Of a DNA stretch of 54,506 bases, positions 1 through 9,468 are shown in pieces. Each line of letters starts with the position of its first letter. The stretch's first letter is position 1. The stretch is from an uncultured virus (IMG/VR IMGVR_UViG_3300042344_000419). Lineage: Duplodnaviria; Heunggongvirae; Uroviricota; Caudoviricetes. The position numbers and the translations under genes are program-made. The notes under the pieces are model-generated. The model saw nothing but the letters and a program-made list of their open reading frames with translations. It was not told where the DNA came from and did no database searches. The stretch lies in the IMG/VR virus record IMGVR_UViG_3300042344_000419; one strand, written 5' to 3'.

Positions 1-1043
1 AGGGAAAGCCCGACTCCCCCAGCTTGAATTTGGCAAACCAAAACCTTGCACTCGTTGCTCTGAAAACTCTCAATTGCCTCCTGTCTTTCCTCCGCACTTT
101 GTCCTCCGTAAATTATCATTCGGTCTTTGCTAGGCTCTAGACATAATTCGTCAAGAGAATTCCTGAAATTACAAAAAATAACTACGCTTCGTCCTTCATC
201 GACTAAGTCGTTTGCCATTTCATTGATAATTGGGAGTCGAAGCATCTCGGCTTCTTGCCTCGCCCGGAGGATTTCCGTCATAGGGCTTGGCTTGTCGCTA
301 GCACGGCTGTTCTCAATTTCCGCAAGACGCTCCTGCAAGCTCATCCAAATTGCATCGGAATCTCCGCAGTCGAACGCTTGGCATTGGACTTCGTTGTCTG
401 GGAAGGCGTCGCCCAGCTCTGAAACACGAATTCGTGTGCTTTTGGGCAAAATAGATTCGTGAATTGCAGTCAGCTTGGACTTCCCACCGAAATAGGCAAA
501 GGAACCCCAGGGAGCTTTCTTAACTCCATTCTTAAGCAGCCACGGAAAGAAATCGGTATACTTGTGGAGACCGAGGAGAAAACCAGAGGCTTTCATATCC
601 ATAGGGTTTGAGGCGAATGTGGCAGACAGGAGAAGGGTGTAGAATTGCTTAGACTGGATGAGCATCTTGCCATTTAGAGAGTTTGGTCCCTTGCACTTAT
701 GGACTTCGTCCCAGATTAAGAACGCATCGTGGGGTAGGCTTGCCCACACCCAGCTACCGCTTACAAAATCCCCATAGATAGTCGACCCAGCTCGTAGCTT
801 TTCGTAGTTCAGAATGAAAATAGGTGAAACCCCAGCTTTCTCGCACCACTCCTTCCAAGAAGGGATGACTCCCTTGGGGCAGATGATAGCGAAAGGCTTA
901 CCTAGCTGTTTAGCCACCCACACGGCTTTTGCCGTTTTACCCGTCCCTGTGTCACTCCAATCCGCAGCAATATGGTTCTCCCGGAGGGAAGAGAGTATCT
1001 TCTCCGCAGATTCAGTTTGCCACGAGTAGAGTTCGAAGTTCAC
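1..1043 (-). CDS. SF2 (SNF2-like/DEAD-box) helicase, runs off the window start
   Basis: Not in the ORF track. Manual translation from GTG 1043 gives MNFELYSWQ...DTGTGKT (Walker A), WDEVH (motif II), LSAT (motif III) and QAGGVGLS at the window edge. GTGA overlap with the upstream gene. Confidence 0.88.
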   Translation of the reverse strand, partial: MNFELYSWQTESAEKILSSLRENHIAADWSDTGTGKTAKAVWVAKQLGKPFAIICPKGVIPSWKEWCEKAGVSPIFILNYEKLRAGSTIYGDFVSGSWVWASLPHDAFLIWDEVHKCKGPNSLNGKMLIQSKQFYTLLLSATFASNPMDMKASGFLLGLHKYTDFFPWLLKNGVKKAPWGSFAYFGGKSKLTAIHESILPKSTRIRVSELGDAFPDNEVQCQAFDCGDSDAIWMSLQERLAEIENSRASDKPSPMTEILRARQEAEMLRLPIINEMANDLVDEGRSVVIFCNFRNSLDELCLEPSKDRMIIYGGQSAEERQEAIESFQSNECKVLVCQIQAGGVGLS

Positions 1044-1498
1044 TCAGTTTTAACTCCATACTCAAGAAGCAGTAGGGCATCAGCCGTTGACAAAGTTACG
1101 TCAAGACTTGGGAACAGGTTCTGCGCTTTTGACTTCAACTTGTTCTTCCATTTAGTCTTGTTCCCCTCGGATGTTCCTAGACCTAAAAACCCTTGCCACT
1201 TTTGGGGTCGCACTAGAACAATCCTAGCCCCTAGGCAAGTAAGTGTGCCCAGAAGGAAACCAAAGTTCCTCCCAAAGGTGAACATAGCAGAGCCTGGTTG
1301 AGGACGGCCAATGTACCCGCCTACTTCTTCAACGATACAAGTAGGCTTGTCCAAGTGATAATAGATCTCTTTTAATCTCGCACAGATATCTGGCTCAGTT
1401 TCTGGCATTTTGATAGCGCGTACCCCGTAGGCTAGTTTCCAAGCTATCCCGCCCGATTTCCCCGGATCGATAGCAATGAACTCTTTTGGATGGTTCAT
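1040..1498 (-). CDS. RuvC-like Holliday junction resolvase
   Basis: IAIDPGKSGGIA, IVEEV, SAMFTFG, VRPQKW and ADALLL motifs of phage RuvC-like nucleases. Confidence 0.85.
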   Translation of the reverse strand: MNHPKEFIAIDPGKSGGIAWKLAYGVRAIKMPETEPDICARLKEIYYHLDKPTCIVEEVGGYIGRPQPGSAMFTFGRNFGFLLGTLTCLGARIVLVRPQKWQGFLGLGTSEGNKTKWKNKLKSKAQNLFPSLDVTLSTADALLLLEYGVKTE

Positions 1499-1800
1499 AA
1501 GATTCTAATTTTTTCCTTAACTTTTTCCCGGCTCAGCCAAGCCGAGAGGTCTGATTCGGTCACTCGCGGGCGTCCACCCGCTTTGGAGTGCGGCAGGGGA
1601 TTTACCGCCCTGCGAAAATAGTTTTGAATGGATCTACGAGAAACGCCGAGGCGTTTCATTAAATCTGGAATTCTGTAAATGGATTCGTGTGGAAGAGTTT
1701 TCGGCCAGCCCGACTCATCTACTGGCTCAAGTTCAACCGCCAAGTGTCCGCTGGGGAGTGTTAAGACTCGGACTGATTTGGTTTCTAATACGAGTCTCAT
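1495..1800 (-). CDS. Excisionase-like winged-HTH DNA-binding protein
   Basis: YRIPDLMKRLGVSRRSIQNY...PRVTESDLSAWL (MerR/Xis-type HTH); near the integrase. Confidence 0.7.
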   Translation of the reverse strand: MRLVLETKSVRVLTLPSGHLAVELEPVDESGWPKTLPHESIYRIPDLMKRLGVSRRSIQNYFRRAVNPLPHSKAGGRPRVTESDLSAWLSREKVKEKIRIL

Positions 1801-1991
1801 AAATTAGTCTGTTAGGTGTAAGCGTCAGCACTTATATGTCCAGCGATTTCTTTTTAAAAATAAAAAGATTTTCATTTTGACGAGAAACCCTCGACTGAAA
1901 ACGAAGTGTAGGATCTCTGCATTAATGTATTAAACTTGTTCACAAGTTAAAGGGTTACAATTGTAGTCTTCTACGCGCAAGCCGTTTCCAA

Positions 1992-2027
1992 GGTGTTAAA
2001 CACCATGCACTTGAGGTGTTAAACACC
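1992..2027. promoter_or_regulatory. Tandem palindromic operators GGTGTTAAACACC (two copies)
   Basis: Exact 13-bp dyads at 1992-2004 and 2015-2027, in the divergent intergenic region between the HTH and RHH genes. Confidence 0.65.
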
Positions 2028-2071
2028 CTTAATATATGTTGGCTTATACCAAGTCTCGGGTATCAAACCGC

Positions 2072-2254
2072 ATGCCCAACAAGCGCCATCCCACTAGGAA
2101 ATATATCGGTTTTTGGGGAACTGATGGCCTTAAGCAAAAACTTCAAAAACTTGCGACTAAGAGCGGTACGACGCTCTCGGTGCTCATCACAAAAATACTA
2201 TGGGACTTTGTTAACGGCGCGGATCTTCTGTTGGTTTTTGTGCTACAGCCTTAA
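2072..2254 (+). CDS. Ribbon-helix-helix (Arc/CopG-like) regulator
   Basis: MPNKRHPTRKYIGFWGTDGLKQKLQKLATKSGTTLSVLITKIL has the strand-helix-helix pattern. Start moved to ATG 2072 behind TTGGCT-16-TATCAA. Confidence 0.65.
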   Translation: MPNKRHPTRKYIGFWGTDGLKQKLQKLATKSGTTLSVLITKILWDFVNGADLLLVFVLQP

Positions 2255-2255
2255 A

Positions 2256-2423
2256 TTACTTTTTATTCTGGTTTTTTTCGTCCCACTGCTTCAAGAGCAG
2301 ATGACGAATATATTCTGATGTGGATTGTCCGCGTTTGGTTGCCTCTTGCTGAACCCAAGCGAGCAAGTGTTTAGGAATCGTGAATGTCGCGGTGGTCTGG
2401 TTAAGCTTTCTTTGATTTGCCAT
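2256..2423 (-). CDS. Ribbon-helix-helix (CopG-like) regulator
   Basis: TATFTIPKHLLAWVQQEATKRGQSTSEYIRHLL. Start taken at ATG 2423, overlapping the integrase 3' end. Confidence 0.75.
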   Translation of the reverse strand: MANQRKLNQTTATFTIPKHLLAWVQQEATKRGQSTSEYIRHLLLKQWDEKNQNKK

Positions 2424-3621
2424 GGCTTGATATAGAAATAACGTTGTCGACCGCCTTTGGTCGAATTTCAAAGTATTTCTTGGCTACCTCCTGATTTAGC
2501 GATTCACCATTTACGGTGATCGTCTTGTACGTTCCCAAAAGCATCCCTGGGGAGTGACCGCAGGCGAGTGCCGTCTGTGCTGCATTTTGGGTATATGCTA
2601 GGTGGTACGAGGCAAATGAATGTCTCATACCATTGTCGATCCACTTCGCTGGGAGTCTCGGGTTTTCCTGAGACGCCAACCAAGGGGAAATCAAGGTCGT
2701 GGGGTAACGTGATTTTGTTGAAGCGAGAATGTTTCCTTTAAGATCCTTATAGGGGGCTAGCCATTCAGCAAGGTTGGGCATAAGGGGAGCCAACCGACTT
2801 TGATTGGTCTTAGTGATTTCTCGGTCAAGACGGATATTGCCACCAACCCAGTCGATGTTTTCCCACTTCAAGCGCGCCAGCTCGGCAGAACGAATGCCCG
2901 CAAACAACCCAATCGCGAGGAAGGGGACTAGGTTCTTGTCGCACAAGGTGAGCATAGCTTCCGCTTGTTCTGCGGAGTAAATCTCAACGGGTGGCTTTTT
3001 AAATTTAATCTCCTCTGATTTCTCAGCAGCGTGTTTACGCTCGTCGGACAAATAGCCTTTTCTACGGGCGTAGTTAAACAGGACGATAATTGCTGAACGC
3101 TGATTGTGCCTAGTGCGAGGAGCGTAGGTAGGGTCGGCAAGGTACTCGTCGATATCGTGTGGGGTTACCAGGGAGATAGGTTTGGACATTTTCGAAGCAA
3201 ACCGCCTCAAGAGAGCTCGCATTGTGATCTTCTGAGAATTGGAGTTTAGTGAACTTTCGTTTTTGGCTAGGAACTCTTCCACGAGCGCGGGAACACGGAT
3301 TTCCTTTGTTTCTGCTGGATTGGTTTGGAGATAGGCTTTCACCGCCCGGTCGAGAGGGACGCCGTTAAGCATCGTTTCGCAGGCTCGGTAGTATTGAAGA
3401 TCCCGCATAGTGATTCCTTCGGCTGGCAGAGCGGATCCGTCCGCCAACTGCTCCACGATTACTTTTGCCTCTCGCTTGGCTTCTGCAAGAGATGCCAGCC
3501 CGCGACGCATTCTTTGTTTTCCTACCCGCCAGCACACGAAATAAGTGAAATATTTGCCACGAACTTCGCACTCGTAGATGCGAACTTCTGCCCAGCCCTT
3601 CTTGATAATGATGGGTTTCAT
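2401..3621 (-). CDS. int: Tyrosine recombinase/integrase (phage A)
   Basis: Catalytic motifs GIRSAEL, K in ITKT, MRHSFASY and CGHS...TY. Confidence 0.93.
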   Translation of the reverse strand: MKPIIIKKGWAEVRIYECEVRGKYFTYFVCWRVGKQRMRRGLASLAEAKREAKVIVEQLADGSALPAEGITMRDLQYYRACETMLNGVPLDRAVKAYLQTNPAETKEIRVPALVEEFLAKNESSLNSNSQKITMRALLRRFASKMSKPISLVTPHDIDEYLADPTYAPRTRHNQRSAIIVLFNYARRKGYLSDERKHAAEKSEEIKFKKPPVEIYSAEQAEAMLTLCDKNLVPFLAIGLFAGIRSAELARLKWENIDWVGGNIRLDREITKTNQSRLAPLMPNLAEWLAPYKDLKGNILASTKSRYPTTLISPWLASQENPRLPAKWIDNGMRHSFASYHLAYTQNAAQTALACGHSPGMLLGTYKTITVNGESLNQEVAKKYFEIRPKAVDNVISISSHGKSKKA

Positions 3622-3868
3622 TTCTTGACAGATAGTATTGACAGTCTTGACCAGCGCAACGGAAATCTTTGCCTATTTTTGCCGATTGCGTTTCCGAGGT
3701 TTCCTATGTATGGTCTTTTTATTGAAGGGGTTATCGGAAATTGTTGGAAATAAGGAACTTACGTTTGCGGGGTCATAGCCCAATTGGCAAAAAGTAGAAA
3801 TAGCTATCCTATAGCTAATTACAGAAATCGGTTGAAATTTCTTGACGTTTTCTTGACGGATTTTACAC

Positions 3869-5599
3869 TTGCAATTGAGTGTGAGTCAAAGTTTTGAGAA
3901 ATATGGACGAACTTGGCCTGCTGGAACTACTGAATTAACTATCGAGTTAATCGGCTTCCGCGAAAACTTCTCTCCAGCGCGGGGAGGTTTGGGCAAATAT
4001 GCGCATTTCCGAAGAGTTGTTGAGATACTTTGGCCTTACGATAAGCGAAAAAATAAAGGAGGGTTTCAATGGAACCCCTGGGCGGAAAGAATATTTGAGG
4101 CCGCGTGTTCGCATAATTACTTAGGCATCTCAGGTCCTAAATCCTCGAGTAAAACTCATTGCATTGGTATTTGGGGTTTAGTGAATTGGCTGTGTGATCC
4201 CTTCAATACACTCGTCTTAGTCACCACTACGTCTGTTCGAGAAGCCCGAAAACGTATGTGGGGTGTGATTCGAGAAAGACACATCCAAGTCCCAGGACTC
4301 CCCGGTAAGATTGTTGATTCAATGGGAAAACTTATTATGGAGGAGGCTGGAAGTGATCGGTCTTCGATTACGCTTATCCCCTCTGCCAAGGACAAAGAGA
4401 AGGAAGCCACCGAGAAGCTGATCGGATTAAAGAACAAAAGAGTGTTCTTGCTAGTGGACGAGGCCACGGACGTATCGCCTGCCATCTTCGAGGCTATTCA
4501 TAACCTCGACTCCAACCCCTATTTTCAGTGTATCGCTCTTGGAAACTTTGCATCCGCATACGATCCTTTTGGTCAGTTCATAACGCCCGTCAACACTTGG
4601 AACAGCGTGAATGCTGAAATGGATGAGTGGGACACCGCCCGAGGGAAGTGTATTCACTTAGATGGCGAGCGAACCCCCAACCTCGACTCGGATGACGAGT
4701 GGCCATTCTTGCTCACGAGCAAGCAGCTTCGGGAGGCTCGAGAGTATCAAGGAGAAAACTCTTTGTCCTACTGGCGATTTATCCGCTCATTCCCGTCGCC
4801 TATTGGGGCAGAACAGAACATTTATTCAGAAGCCGATATCCGAAGATACGAAGGTGAGGCACTACCTATATGGGATGGGTCTCCTACCAAGGTTGCGGGG
4901 TTCGACCCAGCCTTCACCAACGGGGGAGATCGAAGCGTCTTGTATATTGGATCCTACGGTAAGACAAATGTAGGAGTGCCTGCCGTAGCCTTTGGCAAGG
5001 CTCACCTTCTCAGGGAAGACTCCACCAGAGCTAATGAGCCTAGGAACTTCCAGATTGCCCGCCAGGTGCGTGAGATATGCGAAAAGGAGGGAGTTAGGCC
5101 AGAACACCTTGCCGTCGACGCTACGGGAGCGGGAGACCCGTTTTGTGACATTTTAAGCGAAATGTGGTCGCCAAGGATCTTTCGGGTCAAGTTTGGCGAA
5201 AAGCCTACAACAATGCCCACAAGCGGGGTATCTCCTGTGAAGGCTAACGAGAAGTTTACAAACCGAGTTACTGAACTCTGGTACGTTGGTGTAGAGTTTT
5301 TGAGATCGGGGCAGCTCAAGGGAATAACGTCTGATCTCGCTAGGGAGCTTACAGCTCGAAAATACAGCACGGCTTCTGGCGGAAAGTTGGTGGTGGAGCC
5401 TAAAAAGGACATGAAAGCCCGAATGGGGAAGTCTCCCGACTTAGCGGATGCCGCGTTCCTGATGCTGGACATCTGTCGCCAGAGATTGAATGCCTACGCC
5501 GGAGGAAAGCTCGTTATGAATCGGGGAGAAGGATGGCTTAAATCGGCTATAAAATTAGACGTAAGCTCGTATGGGGATCGTCAAATCCTTGGAGCTTAA
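3869..5599 (+). CDS. terL: Terminase large subunit (phage A)
   Basis: GPKSSSKT (Walker A variant), LLVDEA (Walker B), and nuclease motifs GFDPAF, DATGAG and KSPDLADA. True start may be 3875 or 3881. Confidence 0.9.
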   Translation: MQLSVSQSFEKYGRTWPAGTTELTIELIGFRENFSPARGGLGKYAHFRRVVEILWPYDKRKNKGGFQWNPWAERIFEAACSHNYLGISGPKSSSKTHCIGIWGLVNWLCDPFNTLVLVTTTSVREARKRMWGVIRERHIQVPGLPGKIVDSMGKLIMEEAGSDRSSITLIPSAKDKEKEATEKLIGLKNKRVFLLVDEATDVSPAIFEAIHNLDSNPYFQCIALGNFASAYDPFGQFITPVNTWNSVNAEMDEWDTARGKCIHLDGERTPNLDSDDEWPFLLTSKQLREAREYQGENSLSYWRFIRSFPSPIGAEQNIYSEADIRRYEGEALPIWDGSPTKVAGFDPAFTNGGDRSVLYIGSYGKTNVGVPAVAFGKAHLLREDSTRANEPRNFQIARQVREICEKEGVRPEHLAVDATGAGDPFCDILSEMWSPRIFRVKFGEKPTTMPTSGVSPVKANEKFTNRVTELWYVGVEFLRSGQLKGITSDLARELTARKYSTASGGKLVVEPKKDMKARMGKSPDLADAAFLMLDICRQRLNAYAGGKLVMNRGEGWLKSAIKLDVSSYGDRQILGA

Positions 5600-5606
5600 A
5601 CACCTC

Positions 5607-5624
5607 TTGACGAATTTTCGTCAA
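5607..5624. promoter_or_regulatory. TTGAC-N8-GTCAA palindrome upstream of portal A (also at 1087-1104 and 7858-7875)
   Basis: TTGACGAATTTTCGTCAA; three copies with the same spacing in phage A. Confidence 0.65.
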
Positions 5625-5643
5625 TGTTAGACTTGCGGGACAC

Positions 5644-7851
5644 GTGTCTATCGAACTCGAGAACATTAACGAGTCTGGGAAAGCCCCTCGGACAAGAATT
5701 AAGGACGCCAAAAGCGCTCATGCAATTTACACGTCCATACGGAACGCCGACGATGCTTCGTCAATTGATCGTCAAAAAATCCAGTCGATGCTCGACGGAG
5801 AGCCGCCGTATTCACCCCAGCAGTTAAAGTCATTAGGGCAGGGATATCGTGCCAATCTAAACTTTGGCGAGTCTGCCGCAGCTCTCGAGACAGCTCTTTC
5901 CGCTTATTCCGATTTAGTTAACTCTGTAGATAGGTTGGCCTCGGTAAAGACATCCGAGGGAGATCCCGCTCAGAAGGTAGAGTGGGAAAACATTATTGCT
6001 GAAGAGTTCCACCGAACAATTACGGATTGGGACGAGTTTTTCTATAAGCAACAAATGCTGGCACATCAATTTGTCTCGCAGGGTGTTGGCGTTGCTTACT
6101 TCGAGGATAACCGCAGTTGGAAGTGGAGCGTGTGCGGTCTCAAAGACTTTAAAGTTCCACGCGGAACACCCGCCTGCGACACCAAGGTCGAGGTAGCTAC
6201 GATCGAGCGCCACTACCTAGTTGGCGAGTTGTACCAGTTTATTGAAAACCCAAAGATTGCGACTGAGCTTGGCTGGAACGTAGAAGAAACTCGCAGAGCC
6301 ATCTTATTGTCTACGGATAATGGAACGAGCTCTAACTCTCGCGACTGGGAGCGCCTCCAAGAGGAACTTAAAAACAATGATCTGATGTACTCTCATGCAC
6401 GATCCAAAGTTGTTCGGTGCATCCACTATTTCGTCAAAGAATTTGATGGAACGATCTCGCATTACATTGCTACTCGAGCAGGGGACTCAGATGATTTCTT
6501 ATTCCAGAAGCCAAGTCGTTTCAAACACGCAAATGAGGCTTTTGTATTATTTTCCTATGGGATCGGCACAAATGGTCTTCTCCATAGTGTGAGAGGCTTG
6601 GGCTACAAGCTATTCCCCTTCATCCAGCTTTCTAATCGTATGCGGAACGCAATTGTCGACGGAGCTATGCTCTCTTCCGCTTTGATGATCCAGCCAGCTA
6701 CTGGTGAAGACGTCAGCAATCTTTCGTTGATGTACAATGGTCCGCTCTCGATTCTGCCTCCTGGCATTAATGTTGTTGATAAAACTATGCCCAATCTGGC
6801 TGGTAATGTGCTTCCGATTGTCCGAGATCTCGAAGTTGTCCGTCAAAACAATACTGGCACTTATAACCCCAAACAGGTTATGCCCGACGGGGATGCTCGA
6901 ACTGCGACGGAGGTTCAGGCTCAACTTGCACAGCAATCGCTTTTGTCGGCTCAGGCGATGAATCTTTATTACATCCCTTTTCAGAAGCTCCTCGCCGAGC
7001 AGTTCCGACGTCTGGCCACTGTCAATTATCGTTCCGACGAGCCAGGTGGCGAAGAGGCTATTGCTTTCCGCAAGAGGATTGAAGCTCGTGGCGTGCCTTG
7101 GAAGGCAGTTCAGAAGGTGTACCGCGTTCAAGCCGTTCGAGCGATTGGAGCTGGAAGCCCGGGTGCCCGTATGCTGGCCTTCAACGAATTTATGGCGATT
7201 ATGCCAAGATTCGACGAGGTGGGTCAGAGGAATCTTATTCGTGACCGAGTAGCCGCACGGGTTGGTTATGACCAAGTTGACCGATATATCCCCAAAGGTG
7301 AGATTGAGCGAATTCCGATCGACGCCAAAATTGCTGAACTCGAAAACGATGCGATGCAAGGTGGCCGTGGCGTAAGCGTAAATCCTGGTGAAAACCACGC
7401 AGTCCACGCCAAAGTTCACTTGGAAGACGCAAATCGTTTCTTGCAGGCTCTGCAACAGAATCAGGTCGACCCTAAAGTTGCGATGTCATATTTACAAGTA
7501 CAGTACCCGCATAGCACGGCACACGTTGAACAGTTGGCTTCAGACCCCTCAAGAAGAGAGGAAGTTGGAGTAGCAAAACAGATTCTCAATCAGATGCGGG
7601 AAGCCGTTGAGAATATCGGCAAACAACTCGCTGCCCAAGCGCAAAGAGAGGCGAGAGCTCGAGCCTCAGAGCAGGGCGGTCAAGTTGACCCCAAGACACA
7701 ACTAGCAATTCAGAAAGCTCAAATTGACTCTCAAATTAAACTTCAAGAATCCCAATTAGATCAAAGGCTCAAGGCGGCTGATGTTCAGCAGAAGATGGCA
7801 ATTAGAGACGCGGAAGCCGCCCAGAAAATACGACAGAAAAGTCTTGCCTAA
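5644..7851 (+). CDS. Portal protein (phage A)
   Basis: 735 aa directly after TerL; ARTATEV motif and Q-rich coiled-coil C-terminus typical of podovirus portals. Confidence 0.8.
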   Translation: MSIELENINESGKAPRTRIKDAKSAHAIYTSIRNADDASSIDRQKIQSMLDGEPPYSPQQLKSLGQGYRANLNFGESAAALETALSAYSDLVNSVDRLASVKTSEGDPAQKVEWENIIAEEFHRTITDWDEFFYKQQMLAHQFVSQGVGVAYFEDNRSWKWSVCGLKDFKVPRGTPACDTKVEVATIERHYLVGELYQFIENPKIATELGWNVEETRRAILLSTDNGTSSNSRDWERLQEELKNNDLMYSHARSKVVRCIHYFVKEFDGTISHYIATRAGDSDDFLFQKPSRFKHANEAFVLFSYGIGTNGLLHSVRGLGYKLFPFIQLSNRMRNAIVDGAMLSSALMIQPATGEDVSNLSLMYNGPLSILPPGINVVDKTMPNLAGNVLPIVRDLEVVRQNNTGTYNPKQVMPDGDARTATEVQAQLAQQSLLSAQAMNLYYIPFQKLLAEQFRRLATVNYRSDEPGGEEAIAFRKRIEARGVPWKAVQKVYRVQAVRAIGAGSPGARMLAFNEFMAIMPRFDEVGQRNLIRDRVAARVGYDQVDRYIPKGEIERIPIDAKIAELENDAMQGGRGVSVNPGENHAVHAKVHLEDANRFLQALQQNQVDPKVAMSYLQVQYPHSTAHVEQLASDPSRREEVGVAKQILNQMREAVENIGKQLAAQAQREARARASEQGGQVDPKTQLAIQKAQIDSQIKLQESQLDQRLKAADVQQKMAIRDAEAAQKIRQKSLA

Positions 7852-7881
7852 ATTGTATTGACCTTCTAGCGTCAAGACACA

Positions 7882-8169
7882 ATGAAAATTCAAGATTGGG
7901 CAAAACGAGAAGATCTTCAATTAGAATGGAAAAAACTCTGGGACACTAATGAGACACTTAAAACAGGTTTAGATGTTTTAAAGGATGTTGCCCTCCCAGC
8001 CGAGGGAAGAGCTCCACAAGGTGTCGATACGATTCAGTACAATGCCTTGATGAATGCACGTCGCGAAGGGTATTACGATGCCCTTCGTAACATCGAAGCT
8101 TTGAAAGAAATTATCAAACCAAACGTAGTCAATCCAGAACCCTGGGAAAACCTTAAAAAGGAAGATTAA
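7882..8169 (+). CDS. Small head-associated hypothetical protein
   Basis: 95 aa between portal and scaffold; positional analogue of 13255-13599. Confidence 0.65.
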   Translation: MKIQDWAKREDLQLEWKKLWDTNETLKTGLDVLKDVALPAEGRAPQGVDTIQYNALMNARREGYYDALRNIEALKEIIKPNVVNPEPWENLKKED

Positions 8170-8172
8170 TCT

Positions 8173-9465
8173 ATGTCCACAGAAACAGTAACAGCACCTG
8201 AAGCAACCTCCCAACCGACAACTCCGGCAACACCGACTCCCGCACCAGCTCCCGCCCCAGTTGTTTCTTTTGCTGACGCACTCGACAAAGCGTTAGGGGT
8301 AAGCGAACCCTCTAAAACTCCCATCAATGAAAAGGCAGCGGCTAAAGCTGTAAAAGCAGAACCCGCACCAATACCAGCTCCAGTTGCCAAGGTTGAGGAA
8401 CCAAAGTCTGAAACCAAAACTCCATCCTCGATCCTTGATAAGCTTGGTACTTTAGGGATAGAACCCAAGGAAGAGGTAAAGCCAGAGACTAAGCCCGAAG
8501 AGCCCTCGGCAGAAGTAAGCCAAGAAGCATCTACCCCGGCCGCACAGACTGCCTTTGCCAAACTGACTAAAGAGTTGAGGGAAGCAAAAGCCAAACTCAA
8601 AGACTTTGAGTCCAAAGTCGCTAATCGCACTGAGGCTGTTGAGGATAAGGGAGGGGATGTCAAAACCGATTCTCAGCTTGCTGAGTACCAAGCGAAAATT
8701 GAGCAGTTCCAAAAAGAGCGGGACGAGCTTGAGGGCGAGTTGAGGATTTCAAGGGTAGAGGCCACTCGCGAGTACAAAACCACAATTGGCGAACCGATTA
8801 AACAAACTACCCAGACGATTACGGATATCGCAAAAGTATACGAACTTAAAGCCTCCCCAATTCTGGATGCCGCACTAGAAACCGATGGGGCGAAGCGGAG
8901 AACCCTCCTCAAGGAACTTACGAGTGAGATGGATCCCGTAGACGCTTTAGCCGTACGAACTAAAGTTGATGAGTTGGCCTTGCTCAACGCCAAGCGTGAT
9001 GAAGTTGTTCGAGAAAGCAAATCAGCTTTAGAGGCAATTGCCAAACGCGATGCCGAAGCAGAAAAGGCGAGCCGTGATCAATACGATCAGGAAGCTAGGA
9101 AAGCTTTTGGAGACGTCTGGAATTCCTTTCAGGAGGAGATGCCTTTGCTCAAAAAGATTGAAGGCAACGAGCCTTGGAACAAAACAATCGACGAACTTCG
9201 TGCAAATGCCGAGAAGCTGGATTCCGAACCGTTGGATCACAGGCAGAGAGCCGCTTTGACGTACCAAGCTGTCACCCTGCCACTAGTTGTCCAGGTATTC
9301 AAAGATTACGTATCTAAAACCAATCAGGAACTCGCGAGCCTCAAGAACAACTTGTCTGAGTATCGGAAAGCAACCCCTGGTGTTGGCTCTGGCGCGTCAC
9401 CAGCCAAGTCGGAAAAACTCGATAAAGGTCTTAGCTTCTTAGAAGCCCTCGAAAAAGGTTTGTAA
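8173..9465 (+). CDS. Capsid scaffolding-like protein (phage A)
   Basis: P/A/E/K-rich disordered N-terminus followed by a long acidic coiled coil; position after portal. Confidence 0.65.
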   Translation: MSTETVTAPEATSQPTTPATPTPAPAPAPVVSFADALDKALGVSEPSKTPINEKAAAKAVKAEPAPIPAPVAKVEEPKSETKTPSSILDKLGTLGIEPKEEVKPETKPEEPSAEVSQEASTPAAQTAFAKLTKELREAKAKLKDFESKVANRTEAVEDKGGDVKTDSQLAEYQAKIEQFQKERDELEGELRISRVEATREYKTTIGEPIKQTTQTITDIAKVYELKASPILDAALETDGAKRRTLLKELTSEMDPVDALAVRTKVDELALLNAKRDEVVRESKSALEAIAKRDAEAEKASRDQYDQEARKAFGDVWNSFQEEMPLLKKIEGNEPWNKTIDELRANAEKLDSEPLDHRQRAALTYQAVTLPLVVQVFKDYVSKTNQELASLKNNLSEYRKATPGVGSGASPAKSEKLDKGLSFLEALEKGL

Positions 9466-9468
9466 TCC

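Noticed and set aside
127..1301. Plus-strand ORFs 127-462, 814-1029 and 972-1301
   Set aside because: Antisense shadows of the helicase and RuvC-like genes.
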